This document shows, one piece after another, positions 13,447-26,769 of a DNA stretch of 64,000 bases (position 1 is the stretch's first letter; each line of letters starts with the position of its first letter). Origin of the DNA: Vicugna vicugna (taxonomy: Eukaryota); NCBI GenBank assembly GCA_013265495.1, contig MU058257.1:1691262-1755261 (forward strand). The letters run 5' to 3'. Below the pieces are notes generated by a model that saw only the letters and a program-made list of their open reading frames with translations, did no database searches and was not told the origin of the DNA. The position numbers and the translations under genes were made by a program.

Positions 13447-15147
13447 AGACTCGCACGGTGAAAGCTGAGAGTCCTGAGCACTTTGGTGCTTGGTGTTTTA
13501 GGCGAGTCGCTAAGCAGGTGGCGACAACCGTGTGAGGGTTTTGTCTCAAGCATTTGCACTCCTGGGTGGTCCCTTCTCAGTGGGTCCCAAATGGAGTAGG
13601 GCAGCATTAGTGCTGATGGCTCGGGGTGTGCATATGCTGTGCACTCAGCTCAGGACCGCTGCGCGTGGTTTTCTGTCTAGGGTAGCAGTGAGTCCTGGGC
13701 TCACTGACCCCAGCTGTGTGTGCGTGTGCACACGAGCGTGCATGCTCCGGTGTGCAAGTTAGGGGACCCCCCCACCCCCTTTCTGCTTTTGGACCACTGC
13801 CTTTGTACATGGAGACTGCAGGCTTCCTCTGTTTTTGGTGAGAGCTGTAAAGAGAGACCACATTAGCGTAACCTTTGCCTCCGAAGGTGTGGATGAGCGC
13901 GTTGTGGCTGGAATTTAACTTTAACAAGTTTTATCAAACTGCTGAAAGATACTGAAAATGTTTAATATGAGAATTGGGGCAGTAAATCACACCCAGGCTT
14001 GTTAAATTAGTGTCCGCGGGTGCAGGCGCTCAGGCCACGGGTCCCCACCTGGGACCTTCATCACTGCGCTGTCCGGGACATCACTGTCACCTCGTAACTC
14101 TGTGATATTGCGGGGCTGGTAGAGACCGGGGTGAAGGGGGATTTAACACCCTGTCTCCTCCTCCTGGGGGAGGGCTTAAGGACCTATTCTTACATCATTT
14201 GACTTTTCACCGGGGTTTTAAAAATCCTATCTAAAGGATGTAGGCAATCATACTAGTGTCACCTGTAACATGGATGGTGTCTTGTGACCCCTCCCATGAA
14301 TAATGCATTTTTTTCTCTTTGGTTCATCATTTTTCCTCTTCATTCTATGCTTTTTCTCCCTTTTTGTTGACTTCCAATTTTCTTGCCAATGTTACGTGTT
14401 TAGGATATGGAGGCCACCCGCCTCCAGCAGTGGGGGTGGCACGGCCGTCAAAGCCTCGTCCTTGCTGGCCCCTGTCTCTCGGGCTGGGCGGCACCTGCAG
14501 CCCGTGGTCTGAGTTGGTGAGGGGGCCGCAGACTCTGCCCGTGCGGGGCATCGCTGAGCAGTTGCCTCAGAGCCTGAAACACCTACTGTCTCGTCCTTAA
14601 CAAGGAGAGACTGCCGACCCTGATGTAAGTCATGGCAGGTGTTCAGTAACTGCTTCACGAATGGACACGTTAAAGGCTCCCCCATCAGGGCTCACCTAAT
14701 ATAGAAACAAAGCCGCGGGTCCCCAGTGCGCGGGTCCCTGCTGGCCCTGCGGTAAAAGGTGAGTCCGAGCTTGTGCTGGGGCCAGTCCAGTCAGTGTGTG
14801 TGCTCCCCTCATCGCCGCTCAGCCCAGGTGCCGTGTGCGCCTCTGTGCAGCACGTCCCGGGGGGAAGCCTCCCCAGGTGGCACACCCACAGGCGGCTGTC
14901 CCCCGGCCTTGGCCACGCGTCCCGCAGACTGAGGAGGTGCAGAGGCAGGCCCCACCCACAGAGGGACTGGCCAGCGAGCGTGTGGTGGCCCTGCCAGTGC
15001 AGAAAGCCATAAAGCTGCTTCTGTGCGCCCCTCGTTTACTCGGAAATCATCAGTCTTGTTTCCCGTGTGAAACTTTAAAAACTTTCAGCTGGAGTGCTTA
15101 CAGATGCTCTGAGTTTTGCAGGGGACCTCTAGAAAGGGTGGAGAGCA

Positions 15148-15533
15148 GGGTGGCTCACACAACAGGCGTTTACTGTCCCGCAGCTCTGGAGGCTAGTCTG
15201 AGGTCAGGGTGTCGGTGGGTTCTGCTCCCTCTCACGTCTCCAGAGAAGGGGTTTCCATGCCTCTCCTGGCTGGTGGTGCCGCAGGTATGGCTTGGGGTGT
15301 GGACACATCTCCCCAGTTCCTCGTCTTTCGTTGTCCTCCCTCAGTGTCTGCCTCTATTGGCATTTCCCCTTTCTGTAAGGACACCAGCCTACCGCACCAG
15401 GGCCCACTGCAACGACTCCATTTTAATTTAGTGATTCCTGTAAATGTGCTGTCTCCAGATAAGGTCACGTCCTGAGGCACGGGGACTGGGTCTTCAGCAT
15501 ATCATTTTGGGGGACACAATTCAGTGCCTAACA
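15148..15533 (-). mobile_element. MaLR (MLT1-type) solo LTR
   Basis: Reverse complement begins tgttaggcactgaattgtgtcccccaaaatgatatgctgaagacccagtcccc...gacgtgaccttatctggagacag, typical of an MLT1 5' end; the other end has cctccagagctgcgggacagtaaacgcctgttgtgtgagccaccc. Confidence 0.85.
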
Positions 15534-18500
15534 GATGGGTGTCTCAGATCAGTATCATTCAAAAGGATGTTTGGCTTCAAGAGAGATGTCTTATGAAAAC
15601 ATGGCCGAGAGAAGGCACCGTGGCCCCAGTGCCTGGCCCCGAATGGGTTGACGTGTTGCCTGCCCTGGGTGTGCAGTTTCCATCCTTCATATGTTTGGAT
15701 GTGGTTGGAAGGAAGGGATGTTTTTGAAAGTTTGCCCTGAGAGGACAGTACACACGCGTACGTCAGACGTGAGGATCGTAACCATGTTCTCATGTTTTGT
15801 CATTTCCTTTGCTAATTTTCAGATGCTTGTGTCCAGATGAGTTACAGCCCTCAGACTTTCAGAATTTCCTTTCTGATTCTAGATTTTAGTCATAACATAT
15901 ATAACGCGCACTCTGTGAGTGGTTTCAGAGACTCTGTACTGCCAGATATGGTGCTGTGAGTTAATCGCAGTCATGCCCAACTGTATTGTTCCTTTTGTTT
16001 CTGCCTCCTTGCCCCTGTCCTCCCTAGAAAGAGATTAAAAAAGACAACTTTTTCTTAGATGAGAGAGAGCAAGGGAGACACAGGAGATACTCTCCCACCC
16101 AGAGAGGAGAGAGCAAGGAGGGGTGCCCAGAGAGAGTGACCACAAAAGGGCTGCCAATGCACCTGCCATTCCACTCAGTGGATATGACTGAGGATGGGTC
16201 TTCAGTGGAGGCTGGAGTCTGCCCTTCCCTTGGCCGCAGCTCCTTCTGCATCTTGCTGCACTGACTGAGTTCCAATGTGGACACACCCTTCTTCCTTTTT
16301 TTGGGTGGGAAGGGGAGGAGGGGGTAGTCTGTTATGACCCTCAGCCCAGGCCAGCTACCCGTGTTCTGGGCAGTCAAGCCAAGAGCTTGTGACTCTCTGC
16401 CCATCAACAGCCCAAAGCACCGGGGCTCACACCCATTTGCGCTCTCAGGTTCCAGCCACAGCTTCCCGCTTCTTTTCCAGATGCATTTACTCCAAGCTCA
16501 CTGTGGCTGGAAAGCACGAGGTCTCGGGGTGGAGGGGCCTACCTGTCTCCCTCTGGTCACAGCCTGAACCAGCAGGAGAACCACTGTGCAAACCAGACCC
16601 TCCAGGGGAGCCTCACACACACTAAAATCCAGACCAGCGTACACTTATCTTTTCCTTCAGAAGGAAGTCACTTCTTACTAGAAAGACAAGTGAGGACACG
16701 TTGCTGCCGTCTGGTGGACACGACAGACAAGTCGGAACCGGGCTGCACGTCTCATCCACCTCAGATTCCAACCTGCTTCTGCATTTCTGTTCTGCTGACA
16801 CGTCCTCAGCTTAAAAGTCTCACCGACAAACAGATAAAAGCTCATCCTGCAATTTCAGGGCACTCTTTAATTAAACTAATTCAAAAGTGTGAAAGAGAAG
16901 TGGGAAATTTCTGATTCAAAGTTAAATCACTAACAGTGAACCAGCTCTCCGTCCTGATGGAAGCTACAGGAGGTGAGAAGCACTCAACTCTCAGAACAGG
17001 GTAAAAAGGCCCCCTCGCTCTTGGCACTTCCCAGCGGGCGGGTGGGGTCCTCGACCCCGAGGGGGCTGGCAGAGCCTCAGCCTCCCTGCCTCCGCAGAGA
17101 CCCAGGAGGACAAACCTCTCAACAGGCAACAGCAGGGTCCCCCTCCCCCTGAGGCTGCACAGAATAGCATTTCATGAGGCAGAACCCGCTAAAGAATTAA
17201 TAGTTCCAAAGCTGAACAACAGACCACGACTTACCTGTTCATTCCTGCAGCACCAGAGCACCCTGGAAAACACCCGATTTACACCAAGGCCTGAGACAGA
17301 CAGCACCTCGCCTTCACACCTCCTTACAAGAACCATGACGTGAACTCTGTACTTAAACACACGCTTTCTAAAGAAGCATGGCCAGTGCATTCTTTTCTAG
17401 AAGGTTCCGTGGCAGGCTAGACCAGTGAGTCCAATGCGGTCATACTGTACACAGATTCTTTTTTTGTGTGTGTCAGATTTTTGTCTTATTAAACCCACTT
17501 CACGGTACCTAAACTGAAAAAAAGACTGTGTACCTACACATACTGTCCTTTAAAATGTATGCTGATGAAGTAAGTATCCAGACCATGATGCTCATGTCTA
17601 CACAGCATTCTGTGCAAGTCGAGGAGAAACAGTCCTCACGCAACACGTGAATCTCAGTCCTTTATTTAATCATTTAACTGTCACACCTTTCTTAAAATTC
17701 AGTAGAACAACCAGGTTCTTCTACAGGTGGCCATTCCAATAACTTGTTTCCAGTTAGACACTCTGGCTTAACCTAAGTAAAACTCACACGACATCTGACC
17801 ACATACCTTGCTAAAAACAAAGAACTCCTCCAAGCACGGCAGCATCACCCATCTGTCAGAAACATGCAGGAAGAAACATACACTTAAAGAACGTAATTTG
17901 GGACAAACTCCAGTGACCAAAATCCACTATCATCATTTATTCTGAAAAACTTCATTTTTTTCTGATTTATACTTTCTGCTTGAGTTTTATATAAATATCA
18001 ACTTTGGATGTGCAGACCAACGCTGTTTTAAATTAAAACCCAAAGCCTCCAGAAATCATGAATTAATGATAATTATGACTATCACCAATCATAAAGGGAT
18101 ATCAAATAAGAAAATTGTATGTTTGAAAGGAAATTGTTTCCTTTATTGAAATTTGTGAAAATAACTCTGTATTACAGCTTTCACCTAAAATGCCAGCCCT
18201 TTCAATTGTTACAAAAGAACGACAGATAATTTTGTCACAAGGGAAGGTGTTTTCCCCCTTCCATGGGGGTGGGAGGGAGGCATTTCAGGGACAAAGATGA
18301 CTTTGTATCCGTAAGCAAGGTATCAATTACAAATCGTCCCATCAGGCTACACAAGAACACTGAATACATTACGGCTGAAAGAATTCATTAGATAACCTTT
18401 AGTCACTGCTTTTGGTTTCTTTTACAAAAACAAGAAGCTTTGGGGAAAACAAGATCATCCTGCTAAGACAAAATGCATGACCATCACTGTAGGGGGAGCG

Positions 18501-20044
18501 GGTGGGGATCTAAACGAGACACAGCAGTGGTAACCCAGGACTTCGGGAATTTAAAACCTTTCAGCTCCCTATGGGCCTTGAGCTGTCCCCAGGTCACCAA
18601 AACTGGAGAAGCAGGCTCCTTCTGTGTACGCTGGAGGTCTTGTGCGGTTTGGTGGAGGGTTAAGCCGCAGTGACACCCCCTGCCCGGATCAGGCAAGAGT
18701 CCCCCGGCCCACTGAGGAAGGCACCCCAAACACAGCCAACCATGGCCAGAGCCCAGGCAGCTGAGACCCCACTCAGCCTCTCTCTCTTAGACTCACTGGG
18801 AGGAGTAAACACACAGTGTTTCATTCTCCAACATCCCAAATCCTCAAGGCATCAAAACTGGCTGAGGGACCACTGAGGCAAAAGAGCCATGCAGTCAACT
18901 TTCCAAAGGAACTGCTCGGCCGCCACCCTCCCACCACCACCCACCTGTGCTCTCTACATTCGGTACAAAACCACAATCACGTATGGCCTGGAAAGGTGCC
19001 TGATTTCCAGGAAGGGGGACAGATCAGGGCGACGTGAGAAGACAGGGGCCCAGGCCCACCGCCCACTCCCTGGGCCTCCGCCTGGCCCCACCGGCCACGC
19101 CCAGGACTCTCACAACCCCGTCAGGGAGGGACCAAGCGGGCTGCCTTCCCCTCAGAGCTCCAGGCTTACCTATAAAGAAGGAATTAACGTTGGTTCTCAG
19201 GGGCTAACACAAAACAGATAAAAAACAAAAGTAAATACGGGTTTGAAGAGTCTGACACAGATCATCGTAGATAATGCTACCAACACCAGCTTCTGCAGCA
19301 TTCACACCACACAGATAACACTCAGAAACGCTGCTTTTAGAGAGAAATAAGAGTTAGCTGAAAAGTGTCTGTTTTTTAAATGAGAATGTTATGCAGTGAA
19401 AAGCTAATTCTGCTGATTGCATACAAATTGTTGGTCACATAGAGCTCTAGAAAATAAACCAGCACGCTACACTGCAGTGGAAACACTGACAGCGTTACAT
19501 CAGCTCAGACATAAGGCGTCAACTGTCGTTTTAATCGGGATTTTTTCTAACGCGTGTCTTTTGGTGAACACAGCCCAACTCGGGAGAACACAGGCGGCAG
19601 GCGCGGACCCCGGAGGGAACCCCAGCTCGCCGGCCCCGTAACTGGGCGGAGCGCTCATCCGCACGAGTTCTCCCGGGATGGAGGCTCCGCACCCCACATT
19701 CTGAATAAAGGGTTCCTGCTGCTCCCTCCCCAATTCCACGTCCAGCCGCATCCGCCTCGGGTTCCAGCTCAAGCCTGTGACCTACTCCTTCCTTATTTAG
19801 AGGGTAACTAACTGGTGACACACCCAGGCAACTAACTGACAGACACAAAATGTAAGAGTGGGTGGCGTCAGGAGATAAAGCTCTCCCGAGAGGAAGCGGA
19901 GCTGGAAGAGCGCTGGAAACAGGAAGTGGTTTGGGGGGAGACGCGGGACCGGGTCCAGAGCATCTTGCTCTGGAACCAAAAAAAGTAGGGGAGTTGTAAG
20001 AAATTATCCCCTAATTACTAAGGAGCTGCTAACAGATGAAGTCA

Positions 20045-20300
20045 GTCTGTATCTGCTGATGTGGAAACACATTCAAGAGACGCTGGCAGAGAGCATGCAT
20101 AGCAGGAAAACATGTGAGTGTGGGTGTGTATTAAATGCTCATGGACGTGCAAAGTTTCTGGAAGCACACTGCCAAAATGGGGGGGGGTAAACTATGTTCT
20201 CCCTGCAGGGGCAGTGCGGGGTGTGGTATTTGGGGTATTTTTTATTATTTTCCACTTTGCACACTTTCTTTTTCCATGAGTATGCACTACTTTTACAATT
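20045..20300 (+). mobile_element. Possible very old L1 (L1ME-like) 3'UTR remnant
   Basis: tgtatctgctgatgtggaaac... and ttttccatgagtatgcactacttttacaat are L1ME-like motifs, but heavily decayed. Confidence 0.35.
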
Positions 20301-20593
20301 GGGGGCGGGGACGTCAGGTTTAAAGGAACAGAGGTCTGACAGCAGGGCAGGAGCAAGGTTTTGAGGAGCTGTTCCGCTTAATAAGAAAAGACAGGACAGC
20401 GTGGCCCCCACACCCCTTCCCGGCCCGGCAGCAGCCCTCCCCGTGAAACACAGACAGCTCCGTGTCCTGCAGACCCCACCCTGGGTGTTTCCAAGTATCT
20501 AATGGATTGAGTGAAAGCTGCAAAGTGCCACCTCCACAATGGGGAGCCTGTCCAATTCGCTGCGTGAATCCTAGTTAAGACTGAAGCTGTCTG

Positions 20594-21293
20594 GGGGCGC
20601 GGCTTTCTGCTGAGACAGAGGGAGCGCGCGCTGGGAAGCGCGGCCTTCAGGCTGAGTCCGATGGAGCTGATACTGCTGTGGTTTCCAGTGCACGACGGAT
20701 CGCTCCTCACGCATTTTTTCCCTCCCTGTGACGTTGCATCTGCTTTAGGATGTGTTTGAGCCTAAATGACTACCAGTCTGAAGCAAACAGATACAGGGAG
20801 GGGTTAACACACTTGAAAAACAAGGGAACCACAAATCAAAAGCACACAGCAGAGTCACAAAAACCAAAAAGAAACTAAGATAACACAAAAGAGAATCATC
20901 AAACCAGTAAAATACCACATGATATCACTTATAGGTGGAATCTAAAAAAAGGACAAACGAACTTATCTACAAAACAGAAACAGACTCACAGACACAGAAA
21001 ACAAACTTATGGTTACTGGGGGTTTGGGAAGGAGGTGAAAGGGACAAACTGGGAGTTCGAGATTGGTAGACACTGACTACTGCATGTAAAATAGATGCAC
21101 AAGTTCATACTGTGCAGCACAGGGAACTACACTCAACAGCTTGTAATAACCTAAAATGGGAAAGACTATGAAAAAGAATATATATATATGTACAAGTGAG
21201 TCACCATGCTGGACACCAGGAACTGACACAACATTGTAAACTGACTATCCTTCAATAAAAATAAAAATTAAAACAAAACAAAACAAAACAAAA
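20594..21293 (+). mobile_element. Composite non-autonomous L1-dependent retroelement: CpG-rich head (~20594-20743) + L1 inter-ORF-like segment (~20744-20907) + L1 3'UTR (~20910-21259) + A-rich tail
   Basis: 17-bp TSD aagactgaagctgtctg (20577-20593) / aagactgaagctgcctg (21294-21310); tt|aaga L1 endonuclease-type site; AATAAA at 21254-21259 followed by an (AAAAC)n tail; 3' part is homologous to the L1 3'UTR at 62055-62400. Confidence 0.85.
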
Positions 21294-22632
21294 AAGACTG
21301 AAGCTGCCTGAACAGAAGGCATCAACAAGCGAAGAGGAGACCCCTGCCTGTGAGAGAGGGGCAAGCCTGGCGCCAGCACCCCAGCTGCCCTAACTGCTCA
21401 CCAGGGCTGCCCCCTTCCCCACGCAGCCCGGCTTCAAACACAGGAAGACACGGGCCCCCAGGAGCGAAGGGTCGAGGACTCAGCACGAGGTCCCCTCATA
21501 GGAGCTGGCGGCCCTGCAGGGAGGGGCTGGGGCAGAGCCGAGCGGGCTGACCTGCAGGCCGGGGCCAGCTGTGTCTGTGGCGGGAGGCGGGGGCGCACTG
21601 GGGGTATCTGAGTCCCCACTTCTTTTCCCAGGCTTCCCACCCGTCCTGAGTGTCCTCGCGGTACACCGAGGGTAACAGCTGGACAAGGAGGTTAAAAGGA
21701 CTGCGTGAGGGAAGAAATCACTCAGAACCGGACCTGCTGCAGAGTCAAGGCTTGAAGCCCCATCGCCTTGGATCCCGGACACGGCAGTCAAGGCCACTAA
21801 ACTCGAGGTCAACCCGCAAGTAGGAAGCACTCAATGTACTTGTTTTAACTCTTACTTGTCCTTTTAGTTCAGCCGTGAAGAACGAGGTGGGGAGACACAG
21901 ATACGTGAGCACCTGCTGGGAGGCACCAGACACTGTGCTGGGCTTGTCTGAACATGTCGGGCACCTTCACATGAGCTGTGTGGGCAGATGGCACACACAC
22001 AGGTGGACCACGTTGGAGAAGGTTCTGGAACCACCCAGGTCAAAGAGGTGATGGCAAACAGGACCCTCAAGCCAGCAGCGCCCATCACCTTCCAGGGTGG
22101 GGGTCTGGTCTACTGAGCATGAGGATGACTTGTCTTAACTTACTGTTCTTAAAAAACAAAACCCCAGAACTCCAACGGCCTTTCTCACCCAGCCGGAAGT
22201 GGCAAACAGCTTTTCCACGTGTCAAGCCTCCATCAGGCCAAGCCAACAAGGACCGCAGCTCCCTGGACATGCACGTCCCGGCTGTGCCCCACTCCCAGCC
22301 TGGGAAGCTCCCGGGTTTCCAGCCGCCGAGTCCCTCCAGCCCCCGGCATCCAGGCCCTGGTGCCCCTACCTGTCCTGTCGGGCCTGGGCCAGTACCTTGG
22401 TCCTGTCCACCTGTGGCGGTGCCTGACCTCACATCCGCCTGCAGAGGCCGCAGGGAGAGGCTCGGAAAAGCCCAGGACAAACACCTGGGCTGGCACCGCA
22501 CCAGTACCTCTGCAGGAAGGCCGGAGAAGGACAGAGGAAACCGGAAATGCACCTGCAGTCACTTCACCGAGAGTCAGAGCAGCAGTGATGCTGAGGACAG
22601 CGCGCCAGGTCCCAGCCTGCTGCCGTCAACCA

Positions 22633-22775
22633 ACCAGCAGGACAGACTGAAGACACGGCGCCGGGCTGCATCCCCAGGCCAATGGGCCAGCGCCCAGGGA
22701 CCAGCAGGACAGACTGAAGATGCCACGCCGGGCTGCGTCCCCAAGCCAAAAGGCCGGCGCCCAGGGACCAGCAGG
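22633..22775. repeat. 67-bp unit tandem repeat, ~2.1 copies
   Basis: accagcaggacagactgaaga... starts at 22633 and 22700; accagcagg recurs at 22767. Confidence 0.9.
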
Positions 22776-25700
22776 CGCCACTGCAGGGATGGACTAGCTG
22801 GAGGAAGGAGGCGTGAAGACGGGCACGCGGGAGAAAGGATGTTCACAGGCAAACTGAGCCGGGGAGGGAAGAGGGGGAGGGAGGGTGCAGTTGCTCACAT
22901 CGTAAAACCTACAGACAAGCATCTGCTGCCGTCTCACATTCAAAACTCAATGCTCGGCATGAAGCAGGTTGAGAATAAGGAATGAAACCTAAAGAAAGGA
23001 ACTTAAAATCAAGGTGCCAGGCTAAGACATGAGGTAAACAACAAGGAAACAATCCAATACTACAACTGTTAAAGCCGTGCAGAGGTGTGTGATCAAACAG
23101 TCCAGTTTCCAGAAACCAAGCCATGGCCATCAGCAAGGGTCCCCAGGAGCCATGAGCAGGTTCCCGCAGAGCGGAGAGCCGTCCAGTGTTTGATTTGCGA
23201 GTATTTTCCATTCTTTTCACAAACAAGGATGACTCCAGACGGCAAGCCCTCTCATGGCTCACTCATATTTATGCCTTACGAGTGTCCAGGGATAAGAGCT
23301 GGCCCCCTACCCCAGCCCGCCCGCCTCCACGTGGAGGCTTTAACTACAAGTGGTCGGTGTCTGGGGCAAGCCAGGGGGACCAGTCCCCGGACCCCAGGAA
23401 TTTCCCGGATCGCGCATTTGAATTCACTGTGATGCTCTGTCACTGGGGCTTCTGCGCTCGGTTATAATGTGCTTTGTTCTCACAAGTGCCCCTCGCACCT
23501 GCCAACTGAAAAGAGAGACCAGGCAGGTGTGCGGTCATGCTGCCCCCCCGTGGACGCCGCTGGCACAGCACTGCGAAAGGGGGCCAGGGCATGGAGGGGG
23601 CCGGGTAAAGCCTTGTGAACTAGGAATGGAGCAGTCGGAGAAAAGGCAGAAGCACAACCTGACCCCAGAGAATGCGAAGCGGCCTCTGCTGAAGATCCAC
23701 CGGCATTTTGTGAGCATCGGTGATCAAGTCTGCAGGCACGAAAAACACCCAAACCTCAGAAAGGAACGGACGTGTCCAAACACAGGTTCCTCATACTGAA
23801 AAACTAAGCAAAAATGTACCTGAATCACATGCGCACGTACAGACAAAACACACATACACACGGGCGTTTACCGCGCCCACCACCCTTGTGCTGAGAAAAC
23901 AGTGACAGCTGGGGTCCCCAGGCACATGGGCAGCGTCCACAGAAAGATCCCGTGGGCACCATGGGGCGGAGGCAGCAGACGCTGGACCTAACGAGGCTGC
24001 GTGACTCTCCACTCAAAGGCAATCACCGGGGCTGGAGCTGGTCAATACTGGGGGTTCAAGAACAATTTAAGGTCAACAGGAAAGCACAAAGCCACCAGCA
24101 AGGGGCTGTCAGGCTTTCTTTGTTGCTCCATGTTAAAAATCACACCAAAAATACATGTGTCCTCTGGTTCATAACTAGTAAGATCTCCTTCATAAAACGC
24201 TGGTCGGGGAGGCTGAGGAGGGAACCCACCTCATCCAGCAACGGCCCCCACATCACGTGGGACCTCGCCCGGCTGTGAATCGAAAACGTTCAGTGCGTCC
24301 AGGCAGCCAGAACAGCCACCTCCTCTGAGCTGCCTCACACGTGCTATCACGACACCTGTAACAATTCTCAAGGAAACACTCTGAAATGAAAATCTAACTG
24401 TTCTCGCGCGGCATAGACCCACCTTCTGAACTGGAAAGAACCGCAGACGGGGCTCGGCAGGCACGGCAGGAAGGCACGACCACGCGCGTGTGGCGACCCC
24501 TGCTGCCAGGCCCGGGAACCACACCCTGAAAACCAGGGCAGCGATGCCTCACCTTCCTGCGTGTTTTGAACTAAAAATACCACCAAGCGGCACAACTACT
24601 CAGTCTCACAACGGCCCCTTCAGCCTGGCTGTTACGAGGCCCTTGAAAAGCTTCGGCTTCTCCAGAGGGCTCGCTTTGATTTGGAAATGAGTTATGAATT
24701 GAGTTCAATCATCCACAAACATTTTTGTTAGCATTTATATGATTTATAGTTCTCCCTCCAGGGAAAATGAAATTAAATCCTTTCACAATTCTTAAAAGAG
24801 AAACATAAAATATGGCGAGGAGAGGTTATTTCAAAGAATATTTCTTACCAGGCCTAAGGTCCTCGTGCCATTAGCATAATACCTCATTTTCTTTCTCTGG
24901 CTTCAAATTCACTCTAATCTACAAAACAAGACCTCATGACTCATGACGGCCGACACGTAACGATGACGTAACCTCTTCTTGCGAGTGTCGTGCGCAGGAA
25001 AACGCGGCGTACACAATGACCTCTGCGCCTTGTGAGAGGCCCAGGGAGTACGGGGAGAATCTGACACATGCTTTAACCAGCAGGACCGGGCCAGTCCGCG
25101 TGGTGGAGGGTGAGAGTGAGACCTGGTCTCAGCCGCAGTTACACCCAGCAGGCGCGTGGCCATGGACAGCGCCTGACGAGCTCGGACGCAGCTCCTCGCC
25201 GCGTCAGTCTCCTTGTCTGGAAACTGGGGCGATGACCCACCAGCAGGGAGGGGCTGCCTCCTGGGGAGGCCCTGCCAGTGCCTGGATCCGAGCGAACCTC
25301 GTCCTGCGTAGCATGACGTGTGTGGATGCGGTGTGGCCAGAGCGGGGAGGGGGCACGGTGACAGGCTTGGAGGGACCAGCAGAGGCACTGAGGCCCCACC
25401 CACTAGGAGGAAGGCACCCCCTTCCCCGAGCAAAGCACACATACAACCTTTGCACGGGGCTGGGACAAGGATTCGGAGGCACCGTGGGCACGAGGTCCCA
25501 TAGAGACACAAGAGCAAAACAGCACCCAGGGGGCCACACAGGACCCCTGTGCCCCGGCTCGCAGCCTGGGCCCTCCTGCCTCCTCGGAGCCTCGCACCGT
25601 CCACCACCCTGCCCATCTCTACATCCTCCACCCCGTTCCCGGTCCTTCCAGCCACCCCATGAACTGGCAGAGCTCTCACCAGTCCTCAGAACCATTCTTC

Positions 25701-26769
25701 CCCTCCCACCCCTTCCCCGGCTCCTTGGCCCTCAGCCCAGCCCACCTGCCATCCACTCTCCTGGGTCCCTGCTACAGTAGGGCTCATCCTCACCTGCCGC
25801 CCTTCTCGGTGGGGTCCTCAAGGCTCAGCCCAGGACCCCATCATCCCTGGACAATCGCATCTGGTCCTCAGCCACACCCAAGTTCATGACTCCAGGCCCA
25901 GACTTCTCCTAGGAGCCTCAACACAGCAACCTACATGCACACAGCACCTCCACTCACTGCCAAAATTTCCCTCCTCATCCCACCACCACCACCCACAACT
26001 CCATCCCTTTTCTGCTGGACTGGCCAGAGACCACGGCCGGTCAGCCCACTTTCTGGCTGGCCCCTCAAATCCACCATTCTTCCCTCTTTCTGTGGCCGGA
26101 GCCACCCTCCCCCCTGTCCCAGATTCTGCAAGCACCTCATAACTGCTTTAAGACCCACACAGGAGCCAGGCCACCTTCATAAAAGACGCGTCTGGTCCCC
26201 CAGCACACTGCTCCCTGCCCCCTACACTCTTCAAACAGATCCAGGAACTAACACACCTGGCACTGACCCCATCATAGAAAACAGACTCGACCAGCCTGTC
26301 AGACCAGCACCCCACCTCTGGTCACTCTGCCCTTCTGACCTACAACATGGCTGCTTCTGCGACCATCCATGCCCACCCCCAAACAGGAAGATGACCAGCA
26401 CAGGCGCTGGGCCCCGCAGCCACTCCAATGTCTGCCGAGTGGACGGACGGCCCCATTGCCCTTGCTGCCCCACCAAGTTCCCTCCTGTGCCTCCACCTCT
26501 GTTTTCCCTCCCCCCCAGACAGGACCTCCCACACACACTGCCCAGGCTTCCCTTACGTACCCTCGCCTGGTTTGAAAATCACATCTCAGGGACAGCCTCC
26601 GGACAATCCCCAGGATGGAGTCGAGTGTGCATGTACGTGTCCTGATGGTGCGACCCCGGCTCCCTGATGGTGAGATTTGGCTGTGCGATTAGCACCGCGT
26701 GGGGTCCGTGCAGCAGGGCCTCGTGCCCCCAAACCAGCTCATATACAGAAAGAGTGTGGGACACTGGGG

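Noticed and set aside
17229..17270. Consensus minus-strand donor CAG|GTAAGT with a nearby ttttccag acceptor (28-nt micro-exon)
   Set aside because: Frame-shifting, short pyrimidine tract, no known PARD3 exon; such motifs are expected by chance in 60 kb.
21978..22985. 335-aa plus-strand ORF, the longest in the track
   Set aside because: Pro/Gly/Arg/Ser-rich with no recognisable domain, non-ATG start, spans a tandem repeat; expected by chance in GC-rich DNA.
24909..26645. Cluster of overlapping 236-256-aa ORFs on both strands
   Set aside because: Low-complexity GC-driven translations with no recognisable homology; partly over L2-like pyrimidine-rich sequence.
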